Counted from the stretch's first letter, positions 38,595 through 52,075 are shown. The stretch is DNA of 64,000 nucleotides from Camelus dromedarius (GCF_036321535.1 NC_087437.1:45200001-45264000); one strand, 5' to 3'. Notes: generated from the letters alone by a model not told the origin. A program made the numbers and translations.

Positions 38595-40255
38595 GCCATT
38601 CCACTTGCAGATAAGATCAAATAACAGGAACTATCCCCTTCATTTGAAACAATGAAAGGAAAAAAAATTCGAAATATGTAATATATAAAGTAATGGCTCT
38701 CTGAATATTGAACACCAGGCAACAGAGGACAGAGATCCATGAGAGACAGGGTGTGACAAAGTAACCCCTCTGATGGCCCCAGCTCTCCACCTGGGGAGAG
38801 TCTAAGCCACAGTGCTGAGAGGGGGAAATCCAGCAGATTCCCCCGGTCCTCCTGAGTTAAGAAGACAGAGATGGGAGTCCGGGGAAAACATGGTGGCTAG
38901 GATTTACATGACAAAGTGGCTGCACAGAGAGAGAATTCGAACTCAAGAGAACTGCAGACGGAACCCCGTCAACATTCATTTTAGTGCTGATTCATCACAT
39001 GTGTGTAAGACAACTTCCTGGGGCCAGAGGAAGAAAAATACAAATTCAGATAATGCCTGTTCCCAAAAGACAGAGTGGAAGCTTCATAATTTATAGGGTA
39101 GCAATCAGCATGCTTTTTCTGAAAGGACCAGGTTTGGTGGGCTACATGGTCTTTGTTATAGCAACTCCTCTCTGCCACTGTAGCACAAAACAGCCAGAGA
39201 AACTAGATAAATGAATAGGCATGGTGGAGATTTTTTTTTTTCATTTATACAACTGTCTTCCTTTGCTTATATTGTAATCATAATAGCTAACATATGAGTG
39301 TAGATTGTACAGAACTTTTATGTTCATTATCACTTTTAATCCACATATCAACTCTATGTCGTAGGCATTATTATCCACAATTTAAATGTAGAAATAAACA
39401 AATTTAAAATGGTATTTAAAATTACAATATTTTCCATTATAAAATGACAATTTTTTTGTAAGAAATTTGAAGTATCAAAAACAGTTTTTTATAATTCAAT
39501 AATTTTTATTATATTTGCAGAGTTGTGTATCCATCATTACAAATTTTTTTCATTTAAAAAATTTCATTGATAAACTATATATAATATAAAATTTATCATT
39601 TTAACTTTTTTTTTTTTTTACCCCAAAGCTTGGTTGTGTTTTAATAAACTGTATTTATAAAAACAGACCCTGGGAAGAGTCCTGCCTCAGTATTAGGAAA
39701 AAATTAAGACTGGGCTAAATGCTGCTCTGGTTTCACCTACAAAGCATAAAATAAAGACCTGAAAGGAACAAACTGATTTCAGTGAACTAAACAGCATCTC
39801 AGCACAAAGCTCAAGAATATTTTTAGGAATATAAAAATTTCTAGCACACAACAAAATTCACAATGTCTTTTAGTGCATCTAAAATTGCCAGATATGCAAA
39901 GAGGCAGGAAAATATGGCAAGATAAGGAGGTAGAACTTAGCTAATTGAAATTGACTCAAAAATTACACAGATGACAAAAAGATGGGGGAAAACTGAACAG
40001 AGTATCAATGCATTCTGGAACAACCTGAACAGCAAAATATACAATCTTAAGTCCTGAAGGAGAGGAGAAAGACAGAAAACATCTCTCTAGATATAATGGC
40101 TAAATTTTTCCCCAAATTTCTTAAAAACTATAAATGTATAGATCTTAGAACACAATGAAACTCAAATACAAAAACATGAAGAAAATTCACCAAGGCATGT
40201 AGGAGTTAAATTGCTTTAAACCAGTAATAAAGAGAATATTTTGAAAGCAGCCATA
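38595..40255 (+). mobile_element. Old L1 (L1MD/ME-type) 5' region and ORF1 remnant, interrupted by MER58
   Basis: ctgagttaagaagacagag motif shared with the L1 5' end at 62.7-62.95 kb; ORF1-like ataatggctaaatttttcccaaattt...aaaccagtaataaagagaatattttgaaagcagcc. Confidence 0.7.
39095..39670 (+). mobile_element. MER58A-like hAT element split by a ~400 bp insertion
   Basis: 5' part catggtctttgttatagcaactcctctctgccactgtagcacaaaacagcc...taaatgaataggcatgg; 3' part ggttgtgttttaataaactgtatttataaaaacag. Confidence 0.7.
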
Positions 40256-40389
40256 TATGCACATATATATCATATTTATATATGCTTATATGTATATGAT
40301 ACAAAAGACACGAGGTATGAATAAAAATGACTTTGTTATTAAAGGTACTCACACTACCCAAAAAGTAACAGATAAGGAAGATGTTGATT

Positions 40390-43300
40390 CAATGATATCA
40401 ATAATCATTTTGACACTCAATGATCTAAATGCACCAATTAAAAGACAGAGTGGGTCATAAAACAAGACCCAATTATACGTTGTCTACAAGAAACTCACTT
40501 TAAACTTAAAGACATATAGATTAAAAGTAAAGGGATGGAGGAAAATATGATATACTAAGACTAATAAAAATAAAGCAGAAGTAGCTATATTAATTTCAGA
40601 CAGCAGAATTCAAAGCAAGGAAAGTAACTAGGGGTAAAGAGGATTATTAAGCAATGATAAAGGAGTCAGTTCTACAGACAACAAAACAGCTTTCAATGTA
40701 TGTACGCCTAACAACAAAATGTCCAACTACATGAGGCAGAAACTAGTAGAACCACAAGGAGAAATAACTGAATCCACTATTATGGCTGGAGACTTCAACA
40801 CGCCTCTCTCAGAAATGGACAGAACCGGAAGGCAGAAAATCAGCGAGGATATAGTTGAACTCAACAACACCATCAATCAACTGAATATATTGGACATCTA
40901 TAGACTACTACATCCAGTAAGAGCAGAATACTCATTCTCAAGCTCGCATAAAACATTCCTCAAGATAGACCATGTTCTGGGTGATAAAGCACATCTGGAC
41001 AAGTTTTTAAAAATAGAAATTATACAATGCCAGCTCTTAGACCACAATGGAACTAAATTAGAAATTAATGACAGAAAGATTACTCCCAAAATAGTGGAAA
41101 TTAAATAATACACTTCTAAATAAGAGGTCAAAGAAGAAATATCAAGAGAAATTAGACAATATTTTGAACTAAATGAAAGTGAAAACACAACTTACCAAAT
41201 TTGTGGGATGCAGGGAAAGCAGTAGTTAGACAGAAATTTATAACATTGAATACATATATTAGAACAGAAGAAAAATCTAAAATCAATCATCTATGTCCCT
41301 GCCTAAGGAAACTAGAAAAAGAAGAGCAAATTAAACTAAGCAGAAGAAAAGAAATAATAAGAATTAATGCAGAAATCAATGAGATTCAAAACAGGAAATC
41401 AATAGATAAAGTCAATGAAACTAAAAGCTGATGTTTAAAAAGATTAATAAAATTGCTAAGCCTCTAGCCATACTGGAAAAAAGAAAGTATACACACAAAT
41501 TATTAATATCAGAAATGAAAGCAGTGACATCACCATAGGTCTTCTGGGCTTTAAAAGGATAATAAGGGAATACTATGAACAACTCTTTGGCCACAAATTT
41601 GGTAACTCAGTTGAAATGGACCAACTTCTTGAAAGACAAAATTTTCTAAAATGCACAGAAGTAGAGATCCTAAATAGGCCTATATCTATTATACATGTTT
41701 AATCAAAAATTAGTAACATTCCAAAAGAGAAAACATCAAGCCCAGATGAGTTCTATGATAAATTCTACCAAACATTTAAGAAATACATTATACTAATTCT
41801 CTACAATCTTTTTCAGAGAACAGAAGCAAATTGAGTTCTTCCTAACTTATTCTATGAGATCAAGATTACCCTACTATCAAAACCAGACAAAGATGTTACA
41901 GCAAAGAAAACTATAGACCGATCTCTCTCATGGATGTAGATGTAAAAATCTCAACTAAATATTAGCAAATCAAATTCAAAAAAGTATTAAGAAATTATAT
42001 ACCAAGATCAAGTGTAATTTATCCCAAGTATTCAGGGCCATTTTAATATTCAAAAATCAAATAAGTAATCCATCACATCAACAAGCTAAAAAAGAAAAAT
42101 TATGTGATCATATCGATAGATGCAGACAAAGCATCTGACAAAATCAAACATTCATTCATGAAAAAATTTCTGAGAAATCAGGAATAGAGAACTTCCTTAA
42201 TTTGATAAAGATTGTCTACAAAAAAACCTACCACTAATATCATTTTTAATGGTGAGAAACATGAAGATTTCCCACTAAGATCAGGAACAAAGTAAAGGTG
42301 TCCCGTATCAGGACCCTTTTCAACACAGTATTAGAAGTACCAGCTAATACAAAAGGAAAGAAAAGGAAAGGGAAGGGAGAGGAAGGAGAAAGAAAAAGAA
42401 AAGAGATTGAGAAGAAAGAAATAAAACTGTGTATGTCATGATCACCTATGTAGAAAATCCTAAAGAACTGATTAAAATAAAAAATCCTCCTGGAACTAAT
42501 AAGTGATTATAGCAAGGTTTTTGGATATAAAGTTAATATACAAAAAATCTATTGCTTTCCTCTATACCAACAATGAACAAGTGGAGTTTGAAATTAAAAA
42601 CAATACCATTTACATCAGCACCCACCAAAATGAAATACTTATGTATAAATCTAATCAAACAATCTAACAAAATATGTACAAAATATGTAAATGATCTATT
42701 TGACAAAAACTACAGATTTCTGATGAATAAATCAAATAACTAAATTAATGGAGAGATATTCCATGATCATGAATCAAAAGACTCAGTATTGTCAGGATGT
42801 CTGTTCTTCCCAACTTGATGGATGGACCTATGCAATCCCAATCAAAGTCTCAGTAAATTATTTTATGGACATTGATGAACTGATTCTAAAATTAGTGTGG
42901 ATAGGCAAAAGGCCCAGAATAAACAACACAGTACTGAAAGAGAAGGACACAAGTTTGTATAACTGACACGACTGAACTTCAAGACTCATACAGCTACAGT
43001 AACCAAGACTGTGGTATTGGTGAAGGAACACATAAATAAATCAACAGAACAGAATGGAAAGGCCAGAAACAGACTCCCATAAATACAGTCATCTGCTCTT
43101 TGACAAAGGGGCAAAGGCAATACAATGGAGCAGAGAGAGTCTCTTCAACAAATGGTGCTGGAACACCTGGACATCCACTTGCAAAAACATAAATCTCCAC
43201 ACAGACCTTACATCTTTCACAAAAATTACCTTAAACTGGATCACAGACCTTAATGTAAAATGCAAAACTTTAAAATTCCTAGAAGTTATATAACACAGGG

Positions 43301-43562
43301 GAAAAACTAGATGACCTTAAGTGTGGTGAAACCATTTCAGAAATATTCAATTCTAACACCAAAGACATGATCCATTAAAAAAATAACTGATAAGCTAGAT
43401 TTCATTACAGTTAAAAACTTCTACTTTGTGAAACAGTATCTAGAGAATGAGAGTACAAGCCACAGACTGGGAGAAATTATTTGCAAAGGACACATCTGAT
43501 AAAGGACTGTTATTCAAAGTACACAAATGACCCTTAACGGTAAGAAAAACAACCTGATTAAA
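40390..43562 (+). mobile_element. Degenerate L1 ORF2 (endonuclease, RT, C-terminal regions)
   Basis: ORF fragments IMAGDFNTPLSEMDR...IDHVLG (APE-like endonuclease), LWDAGKAVVRQKFI, and LLFDKGAKAIQWSRESLFNKWCWNTW; many frameshifts and stops. Confidence 0.95.
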
Positions 43563-43569
43563 TATTTCA

Positions 43570-43830
43570 GTAATATTTTTTATTTCAAAAATTAAAAAGC
43601 CGATTTGTAAACTTATATGGAAATGCAAAAAATCCAGAATCGACAAAATAAATCTGAAAAAAAAAAAAAAAAGGTGAAATGTGGGAGTTACTACCTGACT
43701 TCAAATCTTACTCTAAAATTGCTGTATGTATTAAAGTGTGATACAGGTATAAAAATTAACATGTATAATAGTAAAAATGACAAAGTCATAAATAGACACA
43801 CACATCTATGGTCAACTGGCTTTAGATAAA
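43570..43830 (+). mobile_element. Second, more diverged L1 ORF2 fragment
   Basis: aaacttatatggaaatgcaaaaaatccagaat...ctacctgacttcaaatcttact...aaatagacacacacatctatggtcaactgg repeats the ORF2 segment already present at ~42.9-43.1 kb. Confidence 0.7.
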
Positions 43831-43949
43831 GAGACCCGGTAAATTAATGAAGAGATGGTAATCCATATAGCACATCTAGCACAGTGCTTGTCTCGTAAGT
43901 GGTGGGTGCTACTGCTATTGTAATTCTCACCATAATTAATATCACTGAA

Positions 43950-44190
43950 GTATTTAATGGCTTGTGTTCTGGATCCAAACATCCAAATCGGGCTCACAGG
44001 TTATGTGACCTGGATAATTACTTTAACATCTACTAGCCTCAGTTTTCTGACCTGTTAAATGAGAGTAATTGTAGTATTAAATACTTCACCTCGTTGTGTT
44101 TAAGATTTAAAAAGTTAATTCATATAAAGTACTTTAAGATAAAAGCCCAGGTCATAGTAAGCACTCAATAAATGTTAGATATTATTACTA
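43950..44190 (+). mobile_element. MIR SINE
   Basis: tatgtgacctggataattactttaac...gcctcagttttctgacctgttaaatgag...catagtaagcactcaataaatgttagatattatt. Confidence 0.85.
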
Positions 44191-47079
44191 GTATCATGTG
44201 TTTGATAGAAATCCACGCTTGACACCACAAGTTTATATGTTACCCTAAGGAACCCAGAACACACTCACAGTGGGCCAGGCAAAATACATACACACAAAAT
44301 AAGGGATTCAATGATATTTTTAAGACTTCAGAATAGAATTAGTGATTATGAACAATAAAGTCTTAGTGAACATTGACTCAGTAGCAGTAACATCTCAAAA
44401 ATACATTATGAATTCAAACAGTATACGAAATACAAAATGCCTTTCAGGTTATTTTTATGCCTACCTACACCTGAATGTACTAATTAAAGTGCATCTTGAT
44501 TTCTTCTCGTAAGTACGCTGCTCACAACTCGTCTATAACTTAGAGTAACTGAAACAGAATATTTACATAAATGAAATTGTGCCTCTCAACTTTACAAGCT
44601 ACCAATTAATTAATGCTAGAGGCAAGATTACTGCTCTGGCTGATTTGAAGAAATGAATGTTATTTACGCCTATTTAAAAATCATATTATGAGCAAGAGGT
44701 GAAGTAGACATATAGCATTGCTTACCTATTTGAAGACCCATGGAATTGAAACACAAATTAATTTTTATTAAAGTAAACCATCTTACTTTAAGAACGTAGC
44801 TAGTGGCTATGATTTGCATCCAAAGTGGCTATGATTTGCATATCAATGGTCTTAAATCACAAAATATACAATTATATTCCATCAGTAAGTGTGCAAATGT
44901 TTGTGTTCATTTTTTCCCTTAATTTCTGCATTCTTAAAATGGTATCACTAATTCACAATGATTTTTAGTTCTTCTATTATTTCCTTCTTACCTGGTAATG
45001 TTTTTTTCCCCCCAGGTTTTCTTTTGGTAATTTATTTTCAACCTTTTAAATCCTTTCTTTTCAACACAGTCACAAGTATAACATTAAGTTCCCCTGTGCA
45101 CCTTAAAAACTTACATAATTTCACTGAATTTTAATTTTCTTAGACAAAAGCACTGATAATACAATCATCATAATGGTAAATGTTAAGATTAAAAAGGAGT
45201 ATGTTTAAAAAAAACAAACAACACCCCAATTAAAACTTGGCACCTAATGTATGTCCAATAAGTTAAACCTGATATTTTTATTACCATCGTGGATACTTTA
45301 TAATTTCTTCTAGTTTAGATGTAATTAATTTCATATTTAAGAGGGATCAGTAGCCTCCCTCGTAGTTTGATTCCAAAACAGATTTCAGTTTGGATACTTA
45401 ACCAGTATCTAGTATTAGTCAGGGCTACTCATTTCCTGAGATAATTTGCTTTTGATAGATTGATAATTGCCCATCAGTGATACACAGGATCTCTTGGGAA
45501 GCTGTAATCAAAAGTAACAAAGCACAATTCATATTTCCCCAGATCTCACCTCCCTGCTGGTACAAGTCACAAAATGTTAATTATAGTTAATATGACATTA
45601 TTTGTCCTTAGGTTACATGCATATTATAATTCATTAATTCACACAAAAAAAACTCTCCCCACTCTGAGACATGAGTATCTGTGAATGTTCCTAAGGCATT
45701 TCACATGAGCTTAAAAACAGTCCCCATTGTGTCTTGCCACCTGCTGCCCCTCATTGATGCCCACTGTTGTGAAATCACTCAATCTCCCACGACTGTAGCA
45801 GTCAGCCACCACTATGAGAAGAGGTATCCTGAGCAGAGATGGTTGCACCAGCTTTCTTGAGGTTAGTGTTACTTGAATTTTTCCCCCCCAATTTTTCCTT
45901 TTTCCTATACTCCACATTTTATTTGTGTTAATATAAAATTGTTTTTATCTATTTTTATTCTCTCTGCAAAATAATTTTTTCAATAATTAGAAAAATAATT
46001 CTATTTGTGTGTATGTATCATTAACCTTGAAATTTTAACATGCATGCCTAACTTAAAAAATTAAATGTGAGCAGATTCTTTATCCTTTATCTAAACAACT
46101 TAAAGATCCTAAACTCTAACCTCTCCCAGCTCACATGCTATTATTTATCATGCCTTTAAATTGTAACCTTTTAAAAATCTCTACACTTTATAGATTATTC
46201 AGAGCATTTTTCTATACAGTCAACTTTTCTATTAAATTTACTCATATTTACTTCTTTCCTTATTCACCACATTTTTTTCATCTCATACCATCCTTCAGGG
46301 TATATGGATGCTTCATCAGAGGTTCACATTTATTTTAGCCAGATACGGAGGGAAATTACTAATGCGATTACCTTCATAGTTCTGTGGGTCCAGTTATTTA
46401 GACAATGCACATGGTACAGACCCAAAGACACATAAGCATTTTTATTCATTATGTTTGAATCCCCAACTGAACCAAGACTTAGAAAAAAAACAATATTACC
46501 TTAATATGGGCTTAGTGGGTTTGTGCCAGCTCACCCTTTTTTTTAGTCCCAGCTTTAGGTGGAGGGGCTGCTAAACTGTGTCCCCACCGTATAGGCCTAA
46601 GACTTGGTCAGCAGTCCCCTGCCTCCATTACTATTCGCATCCTTCTGCAGTACTCGCTTAGCCTCTAATGTTGTCCTGCTTTCTTTCTGGCTTCACAGAT
46701 TTTTTCTTTTTTTTGTAAGAGCAGACATTCATTAGATAATATTTTATATATTTTCACTGGAATTTTGTATGTTTTGTGACCAGAGGGTTTGAGGCTCTTT
46801 AACCTGCACCCTGCAAACTCTGTGAAATATTTAATTGCTTATCCCCTTTCCAAGCATCAGTTGTTTCACAGGTTCTTTACCTCAGCCCTAAAGAGCTCTG
46901 TTTCAAGGGAGCATTGCCACAAAAAAAAAGACATAATTTCTCAGCTTCCAAGTTAAAACTAATAATAAAACATGACAGATAGATTATTTACTAAAGCACT
47001 TCTCTCTGTGCCCTATGACTAAAGATTTTCCAAGCAGGGGAAGGAAACGTGAAGTGGAAGAAAAATGGCCACACACTGG

Positions 47080-47870
47080 TTGGATATAGGGTAAGAGGCA
47101 GATCCTGCCCTCCTATTAACTTCAAGGGAAGAGGAATGATGATAGAATCCCCTGAAACACGTCCAGATACAAGATTAGAAGAGACACTGCCCCTTTCCAA
47201 CCAGGAATCATGAGAAGGAAAACACTTAAAGGAATCCTCCTCACCCCACAGCAGAGGAACACAGAGGAGAGATGGACGTTCCAGTGCCAAGGGCTGAACT
47301 GGCCCTGAGGGACAGCCTTGAATCCCAGTCTAACAGTTCCTGTGCCTGGGAGGTCATCAGATAAGACCGAGTGAGAAAACGGCCCTGAGAGAGTTCTATG
47401 CCCCTGACAAGGGGACAAGGTGGCAGAAGGCACTTGGGCAACATGGTCAGAGACCACGTAGGAAGGCCAAACAGAGAAGGCCCTTGTGGAGGGATGACAG
47501 TGCAATGGCCCCAGCGGATTTACACACTTTGGAGGGTGCCAGCATGGAGCAGCTGTGGGCTATATATATATTTTTTAATTTATTTATTTAATTAATTATT
47601 TTGTGTGTGCATATATAAATATTTAGTGAAGTATAGTCAGTTTGAAGCATTACGCTGTACACCATATATTTTTATTTAACCATGGGAACTATGATGCTAT
47701 ATAACTACCTTCACTCCCACTTTACCACCATCATTGCTTAGATGAATCCTATGGAGAAGGAAAGGATGTTAGCGTGACTACAAGACTGAATTGACTTATT
47801 TTAACTCATAATTAAGTAAGTAATTGTTATCCTGAGATCTATTAAGTCATTTGCAGCTGTCATGTCAAGT
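47080..47870. mobile_element. Possible ancient LTR (Gypsy/MamGypLTR-like), containing a tiny L1 3' end at ~47560-47650
   Basis: Purine/GC-rich block distinct from its flanks, ending in gactgaattgacttattttaac; family assignment uncertain. Confidence 0.3.
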
Positions 47871-48029
47871 GTCAGCTCGAAATAGAATTGATGTTGAATT
47901 AGAGAAAAACAATCATTTGTATACCTAAGTTTATCATCAGGAAACCCAACCTTACCTCATGGTTTTTATAGTAAAGAGACAAGTTAGCATCTCAATTCCA
48001 TTAATTACTGAATGACCTTAGGAATCTTG

Positions 48030-48310
48030 TGTTATTCAGAGCGCTGCTCACATGCCACCTTCTCAGAGTCCCTCCTTTATCTCTCTATAAAGATGGCTTC
48101 TCTGTTACTAGTTATCACTTCCCTTGGTTTACAGTTTTGTTCCCAGCACTTACAACTACCTGATGCTATAGATTTGTTTGTATGTTGCTGGTCTCCTCAA
48201 AGAAGTAAAATTCCAAGAAGACATAGAGTTTGTATTGTCCACTATGATATTCCCAGAGCAAATCTCTGGTATAGAAAAAAGCCTTCAAAAACATATGCAA
48301 AATGAATTTA
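48030..48310 (+). mobile_element. L2 3' end
   Basis: gctcacatgccaccttctcagagtccctcc...gtaaaattccaagaagacatagagtttgt...tcccagagc. Confidence 0.7.
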
Positions 48311-50849
48311 TATATATACACATATATAATTCAAATATATAATGAATAGTATGCATTAGTTACTACATAAATGTGATTAATTTCTTCTCTTGTTTCCCTT
48401 GTTCTTCTGTCCCAATTATTCCTGAGAAGGTTATAAATTATGTCTTATAACCCTAAAGTAAAGAATTTACTGAATTACGGCATCTGGCATGAGAAGCAGA
48501 CTCATGTTTTTGACCCTAAAGTCATAGAAGTGAAGAAAAAACTCAAAGAGATGACCTCAGAAATAATATTTTCTTATTTTATAATTTTTCCTATTTGAAG
48601 TGGTTTCTTTATTGATTAATACATCTCTCTCTTTTTTTTAAGAAGATGAAAGAAAGGAAGAGTGTTTCAAATACTTTTCAGACTCAATTCATACTGGAAT
48701 TTTTTTGGACCTCACAAGAAGATGTCTGAGTTCATTATAATTTTTGCCTTATGCCCCATACCCATCACTAGTCCACACAGAGCCTTCTCTTGTTTCGTCT
48801 GTCTATCTATCCATCTATCCCCCGCCTTTTATCTGCCTCTCAGCCTGGGCAACAATTCTAAAGGGTGTATTATATATTGCTTTGTTCTATGCCTTTCTGA
48901 AACATGTGTATTGTTATCTTGAATGGATTTTTTTTTTTTAGTTAAGCATGGATGCTGTTTTGTTACATGTGTAAATCTCTCATCCTTTCTTAAATTCAGC
49001 TGTATGTTATTAAGATCGGGCATGTTGCTATAGGCTTATCTTTGCCACTTCCAAGTACTGCATAGTACTCCATGTATTTGTTTTTGGAACTACCACATCG
49101 AGCCCATCTACTTTCTGCAAGTAATCATTTACATTATTAGAGCAAATGAAGTACCAGAAAAAGTTCTATTGAAATACCTATTGCATCTTCATGAAATGAA
49201 ATGCACTCTTTAAGGAAGTCTCAAACAGTTGTGTTCATTGTCAGTTCTTCCTTGGGTTGAATTTGGTTTAAGATACTTTTCCAACCACCTCAAAGACCTG
49301 GTTGTCTATCTTGAATAAAAAAGTGACTAATTTGTTTTTCATATTGGCAAAAAAATTCTTACATTCATGTATCTATATGTACATGCGCTCAAGTCTGTTT
49401 TCAAAAGGACAAGAGGATTCAGAGAGGCTTTCTCCTGCTGTGAAGGACAAAAACTCAAGGTAGTGTACTTTGACACAAGGTGCATTGCTTTGCCAGTCTC
49501 TAAAATGTCACTTCGTGGGCAGCCTGCTGGGCTCAGCTTAGAGCCATGGTACCAAGACTGCTAATAAAAAAGAATAAAGGTTAATGAAGGCACTGGGTTA
49601 TTTATTATCTTGACTAAAATAGCCTAGGTTTTATCTGGATGATTTGTTCAAGGCATAAGGTCTTGCCTTTGATTCTTAACATTGTATTATTATTTTCTGC
49701 AGGCTGTGAATGTTAATGCTTTTGCTAGGATATAGTCTTATTATATACAAAATTATATTACAAAAATGAATGGAGATATCATTGATGTTAAAATATGATA
49801 GCTGACCTATGAAAAATAAAATAGTAAATTCTTCAGGGAACTCACTTCACAATTCACTAAGTGAGAATCTTGAACATTAAACCATCTTTTTTTCTCATAA
49901 CCAATTTACTTGAAGAAAATAAATCTGAATGTTTAATGGTGGCTTTGTGACATAGGAAAACTGATCTCTTATGGGGAATATATCATACTTTAGTTGCACC
50001 TTTAAGATTTAGTTGTAGGTAATATAATTTCATTAAAAAATAAACAAATTCTGCTTTAAAACGAGACCTTCAGCCAATTGACAGAATATAAAATACCAGA
50101 AGGATGCTGTGCTTCGTAGCCAGGACCTCATCTTAAAGATTTCAAGTCGTGCAAGAGTGAGTACGTATGCCATTCATCCCTCAGCTGGAGATTCCAAGAA
50201 TATCTAATGTGTGAGGTTTACAAAGTGGCTTAGTCCTGTGCTGTAATCTGGAACTGGAATCGTCCAGGTTTTAAATATACACAATTTGAAACACTAACTT
50301 GGCTGCGATAAAGCCATAACTGTGTATAATCATCTCCAAGACCTCAGATTCCCTTTCAAATAAGTAATAAATATAAGCCACCTTTAACATGACCACAAGC
50401 AGCCATTTCTACATTTCCTGTTCTGTCCTGCCATAGGAAACTAGAAACAAATCCTCATGAAAAAATTAATCTATTTTCCATTTTGTGTTACTCTTTCTGT
50501 TTGTAGCGTTCTTCTAGTTTCTTAGTTTGATTTATGATGGAACTCACAGTCTGTGGTACCATTTCTCCCTGACTAATTCAGGAAGTATTTAATTATTTCC
50601 TAAAAGTATCCTACTCACTAGAAATACTCAGACTACTCATTCAACAAATATTGTTTGGGTGGCTGATAATATGCTGGTCACTGTCCCAAATACTGAGGAT
50701 ACAGCCATACTAAAAAAAAAAAATCCTCTAGCACCTTGATTGTAAGCTACGTCAGGGACACCAAAGATCATTAGGAAAACTAATTCTCAAAAGAACTGCA
50801 CTGACAACCCACAGAGCACCACGTGTAAGCGTGAAACTCAAAAGTCAAT

Positions 50850-51687
50850 TTTTTTTTTTGGTGTTTTTTTTTTTTTAACATTTTTTATTGATTTATAATC
50901 ATTTTACAATGTTGTGTCAAATTCCAGTGTTCAGCACAATTTTTCAGTTATTCATGGACATATACACACTCATTGTCACATTTTTTTCTCTGTGAGTTAT
51001 CATAACATTTTGTGTATATTTCCCTGTGCTATACAGTGTAGTCTATTCTACAATTTTGAAATCCCAGGCTATCCCTTCCCACCCTCCACCCCCCTGGTAA
51101 CCACAAGTCTGTATTCTCTGTCTGTGAGTCTATTTCTGTCCTTTATTTACGCTTTGTTTTTGTTTGTTTGTTTGTTTTTGTTTTTGTTTTTTTAGATTCC
51201 ACATATGAGCGATCTCATATGGTATTTTTCTTTCTCTTTCTGGCTTACTTCACTTAGAATGACATTCTCCAGGAGCATCCATGTTGCTGCAAATGGCATT
51301 ATGTTATCGGTTTTTATGGCTGAGTAGTATTCCATTGTATAAATATACCACCACTTCTTTATCCAGTCACCTGTTGATGGACATTTAGGCTGTTTCCACG
51401 TTTTGGCTATTGTAAATAGTGCTGCTATGAACCTTGGGGTGAAGGTGTCATCCTGAAGTAGATTTCCTTCTGGATACAAGCCCAGGAGTGGGATTCCTGG
51501 GTCATATGGTAAGTCTATTCCTAGTCTTTTGAGGAATCTCCACACTGTTTTCCATAGTGGCTGCACCAAACTGCATTCCCACCAGCAGTGTAGGAGGGTT
51601 CCCCTTTCTCCACAGCCTCTCCAGCATTTGTCATTTGTGGATTTTTGAATGACGGCCATTCTGACTGGTGTGAGGTGATACCTCATT
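50850..51687 (-). mobile_element. Young 5'-truncated camelid L1 (ORF2 C-terminus, 3' UTR, poly-A)
   Basis: Uninterrupted 164-aa ORF (51192-51686) [11 protein letters not shown]...[18 protein letters not shown]...[10 protein letters not shown]...YYSAIK; poly-T at 50850-50876; TSD aaaagtcaat at 50840-50849 and 51688-51697; TTTT/AA endonuclease site at 51701-51706. Confidence 0.97.
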
Positions 51688-51824
51688 AAAAGTCAATGTT
51701 TTTTAACTTTCAGGTAAGACAAGGTCAGCTTATAACCTTTGGTGAAGAAAGATGTTTATTATCCTATTGAAGGAGATCAAAAAATACAGTGATTATTAGA
51801 TCTGTTAAAAATATTCTGGTGTTC

Positions 51825-52075
51825 CTTCTGAGAAGAAATGCACTTTCCAATTTCCTTGAAATTATGAGTAACCACATGATTGCCCTGGCTGAATGAAATG
51901 TGAATGAAAGTAACACATGAAAGCTTTAGAACTTTCACTGTATCCACTTTCTCTTTGCAATATTTGAGACAGTGGCCTCCCCTCTAATGCAGGTCGCAGG
52001 ACGAGGCCTACCTGGAGTAAATCTTCCAGCTGACTCTTTACAAATACCTAGCCTGAGTGAGATATGAAACTCTGT
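51825..52075 (+). mobile_element. MLT1-type MaLR LTR fragment (old)
   Basis: accacatgattgccctggctgaatgaaatgtgaatgaaagtaacac...ccagctgac...tgagtgagatatgaaactctg. Confidence 0.55.

Noticed and set aside
40719..43293. Several ORFs with endonuclease/RT-like motifs as a novel RT system
   Set aside because: They are frameshifted pieces of one ordinary degenerate L1 ORF2
50075..50165. Possible + strand exon ending A|GTGAGT
   Set aside because: No pyrimidine tract before the candidate acceptor and the peptide is unrecognised
51192..51686. 164-aa ORF as a host gene
   Set aside because: It is the L1 ORF2p C-terminus within a TSD-flanked L1
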